This document shows, piece after piece, positions 19,623 through 30,099 of a stretch of DNA of 32,000 nucleotides (position 1 is its first letter; each line of letters starts with the position of its first letter). The notes under the pieces were generated by a model. The model had not been told where the DNA came from. It did not search any database and saw only the letters and a program-made list of their open reading frames with translations. The translations under genes and the position numbers were made by a program. Source of the DNA: Methylorubrum extorquens. Lineage in GTDB: Bacteria; Pseudomonadota; Alphaproteobacteria; Rhizobiales; Beijerinckiaceae. The stretch lies in contig LT962688.1 of the NCBI GenBank assembly GCA_900234795.1, positions 4,770,001-4,802,000 of the forward strand, given 5' to 3'.

Positions 19623-20111
19623 TCAGTCGCCGGCCATCACCAGCGCCCAGAAGCGCTTGTAGCGCGTCCCTGGAGCATCAAACCGGGCGATGCCGACGCG
19701 CCGGAGCTGCGGCATCAGCATGTTGCGGTTGTGCTCGGGCGAGGCCTTCCAGCGGGCGAGCACCTGATCAAAGGTCTCGGACCCGGCGCTCAGGTTCTCC
19801 GAGGCGTAGCGCCGGCCGAAACCGGCGCCCGCCATGCGGCTGTCGAAGCTTCCGGCGATCTCGTGGCTGAGCCGCCCGGCCCGCGCATTGGCTTGGGCCT
19901 GGAACGAGGCCGCGGTGATCAGACGGGAATCGATGACGACGGCGCTCAGCCCGTGCTGCGCCCTGTAGCGGGAGAGCGCGGCGGCGGCGGCTTGTTCGTC
20001 GAGGATCACCGGCACGGCCGGTACGCCCGCATCGAGAACGGGTGATCCTCCGCAGCCGGCCAGTGTCAGGGTGACGAGGGCCGCGGCGGCGGACAGGCGC
20101 AGATTCGGCAT
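19623..20111 (-). CDS. CAP/SCP (PR-1-like) domain lipoprotein, 162 aa
   Basis: The lipobox signal is MPNLRLSAAAALVTLTLAGC. The CAP-domain C-terminus reads ...ASENLSAG..FDQVLARWKASPEHNRNMLMPQLRRVGIA. There is no obvious Shine-Dalgarno sequence before ATG 20111. Confidence 0.8.
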   Translation of the reverse strand: MPNLRLSAAAALVTLTLAGCGGSPVLDAGVPAVPVILDEQAAAAALSRYRAQHGLSAVVIDSRLITAASFQAQANARAGRLSHEIAGSFDSRMAGAGFGRRYASENLSAGSETFDQVLARWKASPEHNRNMLMPQLRRVGIARFDAPGTRYKRFWALVMAGD

Positions 20112-20335
20112 CGGAGGGGTGAGGGCTGCAGCGTGACTCGGATGCGCCCGCTTCCCTGGCCGTTGCGGCGAAACCGGGGCGCCCGCTGCTCGGACACGCC
20201 ACATCGCGCGGCTTGTGGCGCATCGGTCACGCCGGGCAAGGTGAGCGGAATCGTGCGTTCGCCACGCAAGGAAGCGTGTCGGTTGTCTGAGGATTGTGGA
20301 GTTCAGGTGTCCCGGTCGGATCGACATCGGGACCA

Positions 20336-20412
20336 TGGCGCGGGCGACGGGGCTCGAACCCGCGACCTCCGGCGTGACAGGCCGGCACTCTAACCAACTG
20401 AGCTACGCCCGC
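20336..20412 (-). tRNA. tRNA-Asp (anticodon GTC), 77 nt with encoded CCA
   Basis: The minus strand reads GCGGGCGTAGCTCAGTTGGTTAGAGTGCCGGCCTGTCACGCCGGAGGTCGCGGGTTCGAGCCCCGTCGCCCGCGCCA. It folds as a cloverleaf: acceptor stem GCGGGCG/CGCCCGC, anticodon stem CCGGC/GCCGG with loop CTGTCAC, and T-loop TTCGAGC. Confidence 0.95.
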
Positions 20413-20776
20413 GTTCTGCGTCGCCGGCCGGCTGGGCTCGTGTCGGCGACGAGGCGGGGTTTATGTGGGGCGCCCCGGGCTGTCAAGCAGCGGATTGGGG
20501 AAATGCGACGATCCCGCGACGGTTCGTGGAAAACGGCCCGAAACGCGGAAGGAGGACAGGCGCATCGCGCCACAGCTTCCGTTGGGTACGGTGTGGGCAC
20601 TTCTTCGCAGCCCGCGCGCCGTGCTTGCGACCCATGGCCCTGGTATGCCAAATGCCAGAGTTGGCGGTCGAGGAAGCGACGGGGATGAAATGGCGATGCT
20701 CAACCGTGCAGGGGCATGCGCCGATCCGTCCTGTGGTCCGGTGCACGGATACCCCCATCTGTCAGCCAATGAGGTG

Positions 20777-20793
20777 ATTGTGCGACGCGCAAT
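20777..20793. promoter_or_regulatory. 17-bp near-palindrome upstream of nuoA
   Basis: ATTGTGCG-A-CGCGCAAT has 7 of 8 arm positions complementary. It lies 150 bp upstream of the nuoA ATG. A G8 run follows at 20807-20814. Confidence 0.3.
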
Positions 20794-20942
20794 GCCCTTG
20801 TTTCGCGGGGGGGGCTCGTCTAAGCCTCGCCCGCGCTCAGTCTGGCATTGGAGGAATTCCATCCGGGGGATTCCACGGGCCGGAAGCCGTCGCGAGGGCC
20901 GTCGTTCATGATCCTCACGCGCAACCACATGAGAGGTGCGGC

Positions 20943-21308
20943 ATGACCGGCCTATTGGCGGATTACCTGCCGCTCATCATTTTCCTCGGCGTGTCGCTGT
21001 TCATCGCAGTGGCGCTGCTGATTGCTCCCTTCATCGTGGCCTATTCGAGCCCCGATCCGGAAAAGCTCTCAGCCTACGAGTGTGGTTTCAACGCCTTTGA
21101 TGACGCGCGCATGAAGTTCGACGTGCGCTTCTATCTCGTGGCGATCCTGTTCATCATCTTCGACCTCGAGGTCGCCTTCCTGTTCCCCTGGGCGATCACC
21201 TTCGGGGAACTCGGCTGGTTCGGCTTCTGGTCGATGATGATCTTCCTCGGCGTTCTCACCGTCGGCTTCGTCTACGAGTGGCGCAAGGGCGCCCTCGAAT
21301 GGGACTAG
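20943..21308 (+). CDS. nuoA: NADH-quinone oxidoreductase subunit A
   Basis: [22 protein letters not shown]...[44 protein letters not shown] lies upstream of ATG 20943. Confidence 0.95.
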   Translation: MTGLLADYLPLIIFLGVSLFIAVALLIAPFIVAYSSPDPEKLSAYECGFNAFDDARMKFDVRFYLVAILFIIFDLEVAFLFPWAITFGELGWFGFWSMMIFLGVLTVGFVYEWRKGALEWD

Positions 21309-21360
21309 CGGCACGGTTCTTCCCGCGTCGTTTCCCTCCCGCTCTCGCTCAGAGGCAGAG

Positions 21361-21948
21361 ATGGCCCTGACTCCGACCTTCTCCCGCGCGCCCGATATCG
21401 CGCCGGCGCCCAAAGGGATCATCGATCCCGCGACGGGGCGTCCGATCGGCGCGAACGATCCGACCTTCCTGTCGATCAACGACGAGTTGGCGGACCGCGG
21501 CTTCCTCGTCACCAGCGCCGACGAGCTCATCAACTGGGCTCGTACCGGCTCGCTGATGTGGATGACCTTCGGTCTCGCCTGCTGCGCGGTCGAGATGATG
21601 CAGATGTCGATGCCGCGCTACGACTGCGAGCGCTTCGGCTTCGCGCCGCGCGGTTCGCCGCGGCAATCCGACGTGATGATCGTCGCCGGCACGCTGACCA
21701 ACAAGATGGCCCCGGCCCTGCGCAAGGTCTACGACCAGATGCCGGAGCCGCGCTACGTCATCTCCATGGGCTCCTGCGCCAACGGCGGCGGCTACTACCA
21801 CTACTCCTACTCGGTGGTGCGCGGCTGCGACCGGGTGGTGCCGGTGGATATCTACGTGCCGGGCTGCCCGCCGAGCGCCGAGGCCCTGCTCTACGGCGTC
21901 CTGCTGCTGCAGCGGAAGATCCGCCGCATCGGCACGATCGAGCGGTGA
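21361..21948 (+). CDS. nuoB: NADH-quinone oxidoreductase subunit B
   Basis: [22 protein letters not shown]...SPRQSD...[34 protein letters not shown] contains the N2 cluster cysteines. Confidence 0.97.
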   Translation: MALTPTFSRAPDIAPAPKGIIDPATGRPIGANDPTFLSINDELADRGFLVTSADELINWARTGSLMWMTFGLACCAVEMMQMSMPRYDCERFGFAPRGSPRQSDVMIVAGTLTNKMAPALRKVYDQMPEPRYVISMGSCANGGGYYHYSYSVVRGCDRVVPVDIYVPGCPPSAEALLYGVLLLQRKIRRIGTIER

Positions 21949-21959
21949 GGGAGGGCGCG

Positions 21960-22619
21960 ATGGAAGCCATCACCACCAATGGCATCACGCTTCGCCGCAC
22001 CGTCGCCGCCGCTCAAGGTGAAGACGCCCTGCGGGCCATGGGCGAGCGGATCGCCGGAGCGCTCGGCCCGGCGGTCACCGAATGGGCCATCACCCGCGGC
22101 GAGCTGACGCTCGTCGTCCAGGGCAGCGACATCGTCTACGCGCTGACCTACCTGCGCGATGAGCCGGCTTGCGCCTTCCGCTGCTTCATCGACATCTGCG
22201 GCGTCGACTATCCTCAGCGGGCGCGCCGCTTCGACGTCGTCTACCACCTGCTCTCCTTGCGTCATAACATGCGGGTGCGCGTGAAGGTGCAGACCGACGC
22301 CGCGACTCCGGTGCCCTCGGCAATTCCGGTCTTCCCGGCGGCCAACTGGTACGAGCGCGAGACCTACGATCTCTACGGCATCCTGTTCTCGGGCCATCCC
22401 GACCTGCGCCGGCTGCTCACCGATTACGGCTTCGAGGGCCATCCGCTGCGCAAAGACTTCCCGCTGACCGGCTTCGTCGAGGTGCGCTACGACCAGGACG
22501 AGGCGCGCGTCGTCTATGAGCCGGTCAAGCTGACCCAGGAGTTCCGCAACTTCGACTTCCTGTCGCCGTGGGAGGGCACGGATTACGTGCTCCCCGGCGA
22601 CGAGAAGACGTCGAGCTGA
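21960..22619 (+). CDS. nuoC: NADH-quinone oxidoreductase subunit C
   Basis: ...[10 protein letters not shown]....[10 protein letters not shown]......[45 protein letters not shown]. The start is ATG 21960. Confidence 0.95.
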   Translation: MEAITTNGITLRRTVAAAQGEDALRAMGERIAGALGPAVTEWAITRGELTLVVQGSDIVYALTYLRDEPACAFRCFIDICGVDYPQRARRFDVVYHLLSLRHNMRVRVKVQTDAATPVPSAIPVFPAANWYERETYDLYGILFSGHPDLRRLLTDYGFEGHPLRKDFPLTGFVEVRYDQDEARVVYEPVKLTQEFRNFDFLSPWEGTDYVLPGDEKTSS

Positions 22620-22630
22620 AGGCTGCGGCG

Positions 22631-23821
22631 ATGACCGAACACAACATCCGCAACTTCTCGATCAACTTCGGGCCGCAGCACCCGGCGGCGCACGGCGTGC
22701 TGCGCCTCGTGCTCGAACTCGACGGTGAGGTGGTCGAGCGGGTCGATCCGCATATCGGGCTCCTGCACCGGGGCACCGAGAAGCTGATCGAGCACAAGAC
22801 CTACCTCCAGGCGACGCCCTATTTCGACCGGCTCGACTACGTCGCGCCGATGAACCAGGAGCACGCTTTCTGCCTCGCGATCGAGCGGCTCGCGGGCATC
22901 GAGGTGCCGCGCCGGGCTCAGCTCATCCGCACCCTGTTCTGCGAGATCGGGCGGCTGCTCTCCCACCTCCTCAACGTCACCACGCAGGCGATGGACGTCG
23001 GCGCGCTGACGCCGCCCCTGTGGGGCTTCGAGGAGCGCGAGAAGCTGATGATCTTCTACGAGCGCGCATCGGGCGCTCGGCTCCACGCCAACTACTTCCG
23101 GCCCGGCGGCGTGCATCAGGATCTGCCGCCCGCGCTGATCGACGACATCGAGGCGTTCTGCGACCCGTTCCTGAAGGTGGTCGACGACCTCGACAACCTC
23201 GTCATGGCCAACCGCATCTTCAAGCAGCGCAACGTCGATATCGGCATCGTCTCGGTGGACGAGGCCATGGCCTGGGGCTTCTCCGGCGTGATGGTGCGCG
23301 GCTCTGGCATCCCGTGGGATCTGCGCAAGTCGCAGCCCTACGAACTCTATGAGGAGATGGAGTTCGACATCCCCGTGGGGAAGAACGGCGACACCTACGA
23401 TCGCCAGGTGCTCCGCATGGAAGAGATGCGGGAATCCGTGAAGATCATGCGGCAATGCGTGGCCAAGCTGCGCGAGCCCGCCGGTCAGGGCCCGATCGCC
23501 TCGGTCGACGGCAAGTTCGCGCCCCCGCCGCGCCGGGAGATGAAGCGCTCGATGGAAGCGCTCATCCACCACTTCAAGCTCTACACCGAGGGCTTCCACG
23601 TGCCCGAGGGCGAGGTCTACGCCGCGGTCGAAGCCCCCAAGGGCGAGTTCGGCGTCTATCTCGTCTCCGACGGCACCAACAAACCCTACCGCTGCAAGAT
23701 CCGCGCTCCGGGCTTCGCCCATCTTCAAGCGATGGATTGGATGTGCCGCGGCCACCTGCTCGCCGACGTGTCCTGCGTGCTCGGCACGCTCGACATCGTG
23801 TTCGGCGAAGTGGACCGCTGA
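22631..23821 (+). CDS. nuoD: NADH-quinone oxidoreductase subunit D
   Basis: [52 protein letters not shown]...GEVDR. The start is ATG 22631. Confidence 0.97.
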   Translation: MTEHNIRNFSINFGPQHPAAHGVLRLVLELDGEVVERVDPHIGLLHRGTEKLIEHKTYLQATPYFDRLDYVAPMNQEHAFCLAIERLAGIEVPRRAQLIRTLFCEIGRLLSHLLNVTTQAMDVGALTPPLWGFEEREKLMIFYERASGARLHANYFRPGGVHQDLPPALIDDIEAFCDPFLKVVDDLDNLVMANRIFKQRNVDIGIVSVDEAMAWGFSGVMVRGSGIPWDLRKSQPYELYEEMEFDIPVGKNGDTYDRQVLRMEEMRESVKIMRQCVAKLREPAGQGPIASVDGKFAPPPRREMKRSMEALIHHFKLYTEGFHVPEGEVYAAVEAPKGEFGVYLVSDGTNKPYRCKIRAPGFAHLQAMDWMCRGHLLADVSCVLGTLDIVFGEVDR

Positions 23822-23839
23822 GGAGACGGGTCGAACGTC

Positions 23840-25078
23840 ATGGCCAACCGCAGGCTAGGCCCCGCCGCCGAGCAGCCCCAGGATTTCGCGTTCACGCCCG
23901 AGAACGCTGACTGGGCTCGCGGCCAGATCGCGAAATATCCGGAGGGCCGGCAGGCCTCCGCCGTCATCCCGCTGCTGTGGAAGGCGCAGGAGCAGAATGG
24001 CGGCTGGCTGCCGCAGAAGGCGATCGAGGCGGTCGCCGACGAACTCGGCATGCCGCATATCCGCGTGCTCGAGGTCGCGACCTTCTACACGATGTTCGCG
24101 CTGGAGCCGGTCGGCCGGTTCTGGATCCAGGTCTGCGGCACCGTCCCCTGCGATTGCTGCGGGGCGAAGGAGCTGAAGGCTTCGCTCCACGAGCGCCTCG
24201 GCCCCTCCGGAAAAGTCACGGCGGACGGCAACTTCTCCTGGCTCGAAGTGGAATGCCTCGGCGCCTGCTGCAACGCGCCGATGGTGCAGATCAATCAGGA
24301 CTATTACGAGGATCTGACGCCCGAGAGCCTGAACAAGCTCATGGACGACCTCGCCGCCGGCCGCCCCGTGAAGGTCGGCTCGCAGATCGGCCGGGTTTCC
24401 TCCGAGCCGAAGGACGCGGTCAACACCCTGACCGACGAGAGCCTGTTCGACGGCTCGCGCGTCGGCGCCTGGCGCAAGCGCTTCGAGCAGACCGAGGGCG
24501 CGGACCAGGGCGGGGAAAGCGTCAAGAAGGACGAGGCCGCCTCGACCGAAGCCCGCGTCAAGGACGAGACCAAGCCGGCCCGTCCCTCGGCCGGGCGCGC
24601 CAACGAAACGAACGCCGTCGATGCACCCGCCGAGCGGGCCAGCGCCGGTGAGACCCCGGTGAAGCCCGAGGACGAGGCGCAGGCCCGCGACGCGAAGGCG
24701 GCCCCCAGCCAGGACCCGGCCGTCGTGGAGGACAAGGTCCTTCGCACCGAGCCGCCGCATCATCCGGCGACGGTCGGTGCCGGTGACGACGTGCCCGAGG
24801 GCGAGAACCCGGAGGCTCGCGCCGACGCCGCGGGCACCCGGCCGAAGGGGCTTGATACCCCGCGCTACGACCGTCCGGACGACCTGACCAAGATCAAGGG
24901 CATCGGCCCGATCAATCAGCGCCGTCTCAACGATCTCGGCGTCTGGCACTACGATCAGGTCGCCGCCTGGTCGCCGCCGGAGGTTGCCTGGGTGAGCGCC
25001 TACCTCGCCTTCCCGGGACGGATCGACCGGGAAAACTGGGTCGGACAGGCGTCCGATCTCGCCGGCAGCAGGGGCTGA
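23840..25078 (+). CDS. nuoE: NADH-quinone oxidoreductase subunit E with a long C-terminal extension, 412 aa
   Basis: The canonical NuoE core covers residues 1 to about 185, with 2Fe-2S cysteines in [11 protein letters not shown] and CLGACCNAP. An acidic low-complexity linker of about 155 aa follows. The C-terminal module is [58 protein letters not shown]. Confidence 0.93.
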   Translation: MANRRLGPAAEQPQDFAFTPENADWARGQIAKYPEGRQASAVIPLLWKAQEQNGGWLPQKAIEAVADELGMPHIRVLEVATFYTMFALEPVGRFWIQVCGTVPCDCCGAKELKASLHERLGPSGKVTADGNFSWLEVECLGACCNAPMVQINQDYYEDLTPESLNKLMDDLAAGRPVKVGSQIGRVSSEPKDAVNTLTDESLFDGSRVGAWRKRFEQTEGADQGGESVKKDEAASTEARVKDETKPARPSAGRANETNAVDAPAERASAGETPVKPEDEAQARDAKAAPSQDPAVVEDKVLRTEPPHHPATVGAGDDVPEGENPEARADAAGTRPKGLDTPRYDRPDDLTKIKGIGPINQRRLNDLGVWHYDQVAAWSPPEVAWVSAYLAFPGRIDRENWVGQASDLAGSRG

Positions 25079-25088
25079 GGAGCGGATC

Positions 25089-26390
25089 ATGCTCGCTGAT
25101 CAGGATCGCATCTTCACCAATCTCTACGGCCTGCACTCGCCGGGGCTCGACGCCGCGAAGAAGCGCGGCGCCTGGGACGGAACCAAGTTCCTCCTTGACA
25201 TGGGCCGCGACTGGATCATCGACGAGATGAAGGGCTCCGGCCTGCGCGGCCGCGGCGGCGCCGGCTTCCCGACCGGCCTGAAATGGTCGTTCATGCCCAA
25301 GAAGTCGGATGGGCGCCCGCACTACCTCGTCGTCAACGCCGACGAATCGGAGCCGGGCACCTGCAAGGACCGGGAGATCATGCGGCACGATCCGCATCTC
25401 CTGATCGAGGGCTGCCTGCTGGCCTCCTTCGCCATGGGCGCGCATGCCTGCTACATCTACATCCGCGGCGAGTACGTGGCGGAGAAGTTCGCCCTCCAGC
25501 GCGCGGTGGACGAGGCCTACGAGGCGCGTCTCGTCGGGCCGTCGAACGTCCACGACTACCCGTTCGACATCTACGTCCACCACGGCGCGGGCGCTTACAT
25601 CTGCGGCGAGGAAACGGCGCTCATCGAAAGCCTGGAAGGCAAGAAGGGGATGCCGCGGCTGAAGCCGCCATTCCCGGCCAATATGGGCCTCTATGGCTGC
25701 CCCACGACCGTCAATAACGTCGAGTCGATCGCGGTGGCCGGCACGATCCTGCGCCGCGGCGGCGCGTGGTTCGCCGGCCTCGGCGGTAAGAACAACACCG
25801 GCACGAAGCTGTTCTGCGTCTCGGGCCACGTCAACAAGCCCTGCAACGTCGAGGAAGAGCTCGGCATCACCTTCCGCGAGCTGATCGATAAGCATTGCGG
25901 CGGCATGCGCGGCGGCTGGGACAACCTGCTCTGCTCCATCCCCGGCGGCTCCTCGGTGCCGCTGGTGCCGGCCGAGCAGATCATCGACGCCAAGATGGAC
26001 TTCGACACCCTGCGCAACCTCGGCTCGGGGCTGGGCACCGCAGCGGTGATCGTGCTCGACAAATCGACCGACATCGTCGGCGCGATCGCCCGCATCTCGT
26101 ACTTCTACAAGCACGAGAGCTGCGGTCAGTGCACGCCCTGCCGCGAGGGCACCGGCTGGATGTGGCGCGTGCTGACCCGCATGGCTGCCGGCCGGGCGCA
26201 GAAGCGCGAGATCGACATGCTCCTGGAAGTCACCAAGCAGGTCGAGGGCCACACGATCTGCGCGCTGGGCGACGCCGCGGCATGGCCGATCCAGGGCCTG
26301 ATCCGGCACTTCCGCCCCGAGATCGAGAAGCGGATCGACCAATACAGCGCCAACCCGCACATGGATGCGGTGCCGATGGCGGCGGAGTGA
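25089..26390 (+). CDS. nuoF: NADH-quinone oxidoreductase subunit F
   Basis: [18 protein letters not shown] (FMN/NADH site), ...[15 protein letters not shown]...ICALGDAA (N3 cluster). Confidence 0.97.
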   Translation: MLADQDRIFTNLYGLHSPGLDAAKKRGAWDGTKFLLDMGRDWIIDEMKGSGLRGRGGAGFPTGLKWSFMPKKSDGRPHYLVVNADESEPGTCKDREIMRHDPHLLIEGCLLASFAMGAHACYIYIRGEYVAEKFALQRAVDEAYEARLVGPSNVHDYPFDIYVHHGAGAYICGEETALIESLEGKKGMPRLKPPFPANMGLYGCPTTVNNVESIAVAGTILRRGGAWFAGLGGKNNTGTKLFCVSGHVNKPCNVEEELGITFRELIDKHCGGMRGGWDNLLCSIPGGSSVPLVPAEQIIDAKMDFDTLRNLGSGLGTAAVIVLDKSTDIVGAIARISYFYKHESCGQCTPCREGTGWMWRVLTRMAAGRAQKREIDMLLEVTKQVEGHTICALGDAAAWPIQGLIRHFRPEIEKRIDQYSANPHMDAVPMAAE

Positions 26391-26424
26391 GTGCCGCCCC
26401 GATGCTCACCTTCGAGATGACCCG

Positions 26425-28491
26425 ATGACCAAAATCCTCATCGACGGCACCGAGGTCGATGTTCCGGCCGACTACACCCTGCTTCAGGCCTGCGAGATCG
26501 CGGGCGCGGAGATCCCGCGCTTCTGCTTCCACGAGCGGCTGTCGATCGCCGGCAATTGCCGCATGTGCCTCGTCGAGCTGAAGGGCGCGCCCAAGCCCGT
26601 AGCCTCCTGCGCCTACGCGGTGAAGGATTGCCGACCGGGACCGAACGGCGAGCCGCCGGAAGTTCTCACCCGTTCGGGCACGACGAAGAAGGCGCGTGAG
26701 GGGGTGATGGAGTTCCTCCTCATCAACCACCCGCTCGATTGCCCGATCTGCGATCAGGGCGGCCATTGCGACCTGCAGGATCAGGCGATGGCCTACGGCG
26801 TCGACTCGACCCGCTACAGCGAGAACAAGCGGGCGGTCGAAGAGAAGTATATCGGCCCGCTGGTGCGCACGGCGATGAACCGCTGCATCCACTGCACCCG
26901 CTGTGTCCGCTTCCTCGCGGAAGTGGCCGGCGTGCCGGATCTCGGCGCCATCGGCCGCGGCGAGGACATGGAGATCACCAGCTACCTCGAAGAGGCGATG
27001 GGCTCGGAGCTGCAGGGCAACGTCGCCGACCTCTGCCCCGTCGGCGCGCTGGTGCACAAGCCGCAGAGCTACAACGTGCGTCCGTGGGAGCTGCACAAGA
27101 CAGAGTCCGTCGATGTGATGGATGCGGTCGGCTCGGCGATTCGCATCGATGCCCGCGGCCGCGAGGTGATGCAGATCGAGCCGCGGATCAGCGAGGAGAT
27201 CAACGAGGAGTGGATCTCCGACAAGACCCGCCACGTCGTCGACGGCCTGCGGCTGCAGCGCCTCGACCGCCCATTCCTGCGCGAGAACGGCCGCCTGCGT
27301 CCCGCTTCCTGGGGTGAGGCGTTCTCGGCCATTGCCGCCAAGGTGAAGGGCACCGATCCCAAGCGCGTCGGCGCGCTCGTCGGCGACCTCGCGGGTGCGG
27401 AGGAAATCTTCGCTCTCAAGGCGCTGATGGGTTCGCTCGGCGTCACCAATCTCGACGCGCGCCAGACTGGCGAGGCGATCGATCCGACCTGGGGTCGGGC
27501 CGCCTACACGCTGGGCGCGACGATCCCCGGTATCGAGCAGGCGGACGCTATCCTGATCGTCGGCGCCAACCCGCGCACCGAGGCTTCGCTGCTCAACGTG
27601 CGCATCCGCAAGCGCTGGCGCATGGCCCCGGTCTCGATCGGGCTGATCCTCGATGAGCAGCCGGACCTGACCTACCCCTACACCTATCTCGGCGCCGGCA
27701 CCGACACGCTCAGCTCGATCGCCAAGGGCGAGCACAGCTTCCTCGATGTCTTGAAAAAGGCCGAGCGTCCGCTCGTCATCGTCGGCGAGGGCGGGCTCGG
27801 TTCGCTTGCCGCCGCCGCCGCCTTGGCGAAGGATGTCGGCGCGGTGACGGACGGTTGGAACGGCTTCGGCGTGCTCAACACGGCGGCGGCCCGCGTCGGT
27901 GCTCTCGATCTCGGCTTCGTGCCGGGGGAGGGGGGCTTGAGCTTCTCGCAGATGCTGGAGCCGGGGGCGCTGGACGTGGTGTTCAACCTCGGTGCCGACG
28001 AGCGCGTGATCGGGCCGGGCGCCTTCGTGATCTATCAGGGCACCCACGGCGATGCCGGCGCGAGCCGCGCCGACGTGATCCTGCCGGGCGCCGCCTACGC
28101 CGAGAAGAGCGCGACCTACGTCAACCTCGAAGGCCGGGTGCAGATGGCCAACCGCGCTGGCTTCCCGCCGGGCGACGCCCGCGAAGATTGGGCGATCCTG
28201 CGCGCCTTGTCCGACGTGCTCGGCAAGCGCCTGCCCTATGATTCGCTGGGCGCCCTGCGTAAGGCGATGTATGCCGCCCATCCGCATCTCGCGGCGGTCG
28301 GACAGGTCGAGCCGTCCGACGCGGCGGCCACGCTCGATCGGCTTGCCGCACTGCCGGCCGCGACGGAGAAGGCAACCTTCTCCTCGCCGGTCGTCGACTT
28401 CTACCTCACCAACCCGATCGCCCGCGCCTCGCGGGTGCTCGCCGAGTGTTCCGGCCTCGCCCGAGGCCGCGCCCTCGAAGCGGCGGAATAG
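26425..28491 (+). CDS. nuoG: NADH-quinone oxidoreductase subunit G, 688 aa
   Basis: MTKILIDGTEVDVPADYTLLQACEIAGAEIPRFCFHERLSIAGNCRMCLVE..., HPLDCPICDQGGHCDLQD, CIHCTRCVRF. The start is ATG 26425. Confidence 0.96.
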   Translation: MTKILIDGTEVDVPADYTLLQACEIAGAEIPRFCFHERLSIAGNCRMCLVELKGAPKPVASCAYAVKDCRPGPNGEPPEVLTRSGTTKKAREGVMEFLLINHPLDCPICDQGGHCDLQDQAMAYGVDSTRYSENKRAVEEKYIGPLVRTAMNRCIHCTRCVRFLAEVAGVPDLGAIGRGEDMEITSYLEEAMGSELQGNVADLCPVGALVHKPQSYNVRPWELHKTESVDVMDAVGSAIRIDARGREVMQIEPRISEEINEEWISDKTRHVVDGLRLQRLDRPFLRENGRLRPASWGEAFSAIAAKVKGTDPKRVGALVGDLAGAEEIFALKALMGSLGVTNLDARQTGEAIDPTWGRAAYTLGATIPGIEQADAILIVGANPRTEASLLNVRIRKRWRMAPVSIGLILDEQPDLTYPYTYLGAGTDTLSSIAKGEHSFLDVLKKAERPLVIVGEGGLGSLAAAAALAKDVGAVTDGWNGFGVLNTAAARVGALDLGFVPGEGGLSFSQMLEPGALDVVFNLGADERVIGPGAFVIYQGTHGDAGASRADVILPGAAYAEKSATYVNLEGRVQMANRAGFPPGDAREDWAILRALSDVLGKRLPYDSLGALRKAMYAAHPHLAAVGQVEPSDAAATLDRLAALPAATEKATFSSPVVDFYLTNPIARASRVLAECSGLARGRALEAAE

Positions 28492-28503
28492 GGGACGCCA
28501 CCG

Positions 28504-29526
28504 ATGACCTTCTGGGAAGTGCTCGGCACCGTCCTCCTGATCGCATTGAAGAGCTTCGTGCTCCTCGCCGCGCTCCTCGTCTTCATCGCCTACGCGCTGC
28601 TGGCCGACCGCAAGATCTGGGCGGCGGTGCAGTTGCGTCGCGGTCCGAACGTGGTCGGGCCCTGGGGCCTGTTCCAGTCCTTCGCCGACCTCCTGAAGTT
28701 CGTGCTGAAGGAGCCGGTGATCCCGGCGGGCGCCAACAAGGCGATCTTCCTGCTGGCGCCGCTGGTCTTCGCGATGCTGGCGCTGGCGTCCTGGGCGGTG
28801 ATCCCGCTCGCCGACGGCTGGGCGATCGCCGACATCAATGTCGGCATCACCTACATCTTCGCGATCTCCTCGCTCGGCGTCTACGGCGTCATCATGGGCG
28901 GCTGGGCTTCGAACTCGAAATACGCCTTCCTCGGCGCGCTTCGCTCGGCGGCGCAGATGATCTCCTACGAAGTTTCGCTCGGCTTCGTCATCATCTGCGT
29001 GCTGCTCTGCGCCGGCTCGCTCAACCTCTCGCGCATCGTCATGGCGCAGGACACGGCGCTCGGCCTGTTCGGCTGGTACTGGCTCTGGTTGTTCCCGATG
29101 TTCGGCGTGTTCTTCGTCTCGGCTTTGGCCGAGACCAACCGCCCGCCCTTCGACCTGCCGGAGGCTGAATCGGAACTCGTGGCGGGCTACATGGTCGAGT
29201 ATTCCTCGACGCCGTACCTGCTGTTCATGCTCGGCGAGTACGTGGCGATCATGACCATGTGTGCGCTCGGCACGGTCCTGTTCCTCGGCGGCTGGCTCTC
29301 GCCGATCCCGTTCGTACCCTTCACCTGGGTGCCCGGCGTGATCTGGTTCACGCTCAAAGCCAGCTTCCTGTTCTTCATGATCGCCATGGTGAAGGCCATG
29401 GTGCCCCGCTACCGCTACGACCAGCTTATGCGGCTCGGCTGGAAGGTCTTCCTTCCGCTGTCCCTGATCTCGGTCATCGTCGTCGCCTTCGTCCTCAAGC
29501 TCACCGGCCTCGCGCCGGGAGCCTGA
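28504..29526 (+). CDS. nuoH: NADH-quinone oxidoreductase subunit H
   Basis: ...[34 protein letters not shown]...[27 protein letters not shown]. Confidence 0.97.
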   Translation: MTFWEVLGTVLLIALKSFVLLAALLVFIAYALLADRKIWAAVQLRRGPNVVGPWGLFQSFADLLKFVLKEPVIPAGANKAIFLLAPLVFAMLALASWAVIPLADGWAIADINVGITYIFAISSLGVYGVIMGGWASNSKYAFLGALRSAAQMISYEVSLGFVIICVLLCAGSLNLSRIVMAQDTALGLFGWYWLWLFPMFGVFFVSALAETNRPPFDLPEAESELVAGYMVEYSSTPYLLFMLGEYVAIMTMCALGTVLFLGGWLSPIPFVPFTWVPGVIWFTLKASFLFFMIAMVKAMVPRYRYDQLMRLGWKVFLPLSLISVIVVAFVLKLTGLAPGA

Positions 29527-29540
29527 CCCGTCCCTTGTGA

Positions 29541-29592
29541 GGTCGCATTTCCTTCCCGCGAGCCGGTCACCCGCTCGCTAAGGAACGCGACC
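29541..29592 (+). other. Extended interrupted stem-loop in the nuoH-nuoI spacer
   Basis: GGTCGC-att-TCCTT-ccc-GCGAGC-cggtcaccc-GCTCGC-t-AAGGA-ac-GCGACC gives 17 paired positions in three helices. It ends 7 nt before the nuoI GGAGA Shine-Dalgarno sequence. Confidence 0.5.
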
Positions 29593-29610
29593 AGAATTGG
29601 AGATCGCGCC

Positions 29611-30099
29611 GTGAAGCTCGATCAGGTCGCCAGAAGCCTTCTCCTGAAGGAGTTCGTGTCGGGGTTTGTCCTCGCCATGAAATACTTCTTCAAGCCGAAG
29701 GCCACGATCAACTACCCCTTCGAGATGGGCCATCGCGGCCCGCGCTTCCGCGGGGAGCACGCCCTGCGCCGCTATCCCAACGGCGAGGAGCGCTGCATCG
29801 CCTGCAAGCTCTGCGAGGCGATCTGCCCGGCCCAGGCCATCACCATCGAGGCGGGGCCACGCCGCAACGACGGCACGCGGCGCACCACGCGCTACGACAT
29901 CGACATGGTGAAGTGCATCTATTGCGGCATGTGCCAGGAAGCCTGCCCGGTCGATGCCATCGTCGAGGGGCCGAACTTCGAGTTCTCGGTCGAGACCCGC
30001 GAGGAGCTGCTCTACGACAAGCAGAAGCTCCTCGAGAACGGCGATCGCTGGGAGCGCGAGATCGCCCGCAACATCGCGGTCGACGCGCCGTACCGCTAG
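29611..30099 (+). CDS. nuoI: NADH-quinone oxidoreductase subunit I (GTG start)
   Basis: Two 4Fe-4S ferredoxin motifs are present: [12 protein letters not shown] and [17 protein letters not shown] lies 6 nt upstream of GTG 29611. Confidence 0.96.

Noticed and set aside
19131-20412. The idea that pseudoazurin and the CAP lipoprotein form an island integrated at the 3' end of tRNA-Asp.
   Set aside because: There is no integrase and no convincing direct repeat of the tRNA 3' end. Only a 9-nt CGGGGCTCG coincidence occurs at 19602-19610. The GC content of both genes is near the genome norm.
22583-28287. A series of long minus-strand ORFs opposite nuoD, nuoE, nuoF and nuoG (390, 411, 477 and 685 aa).
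   Set aside because: All are shadows of well-conserved nuo genes. Their compositions are typical of high-GC antisense frames and none carries a motif.
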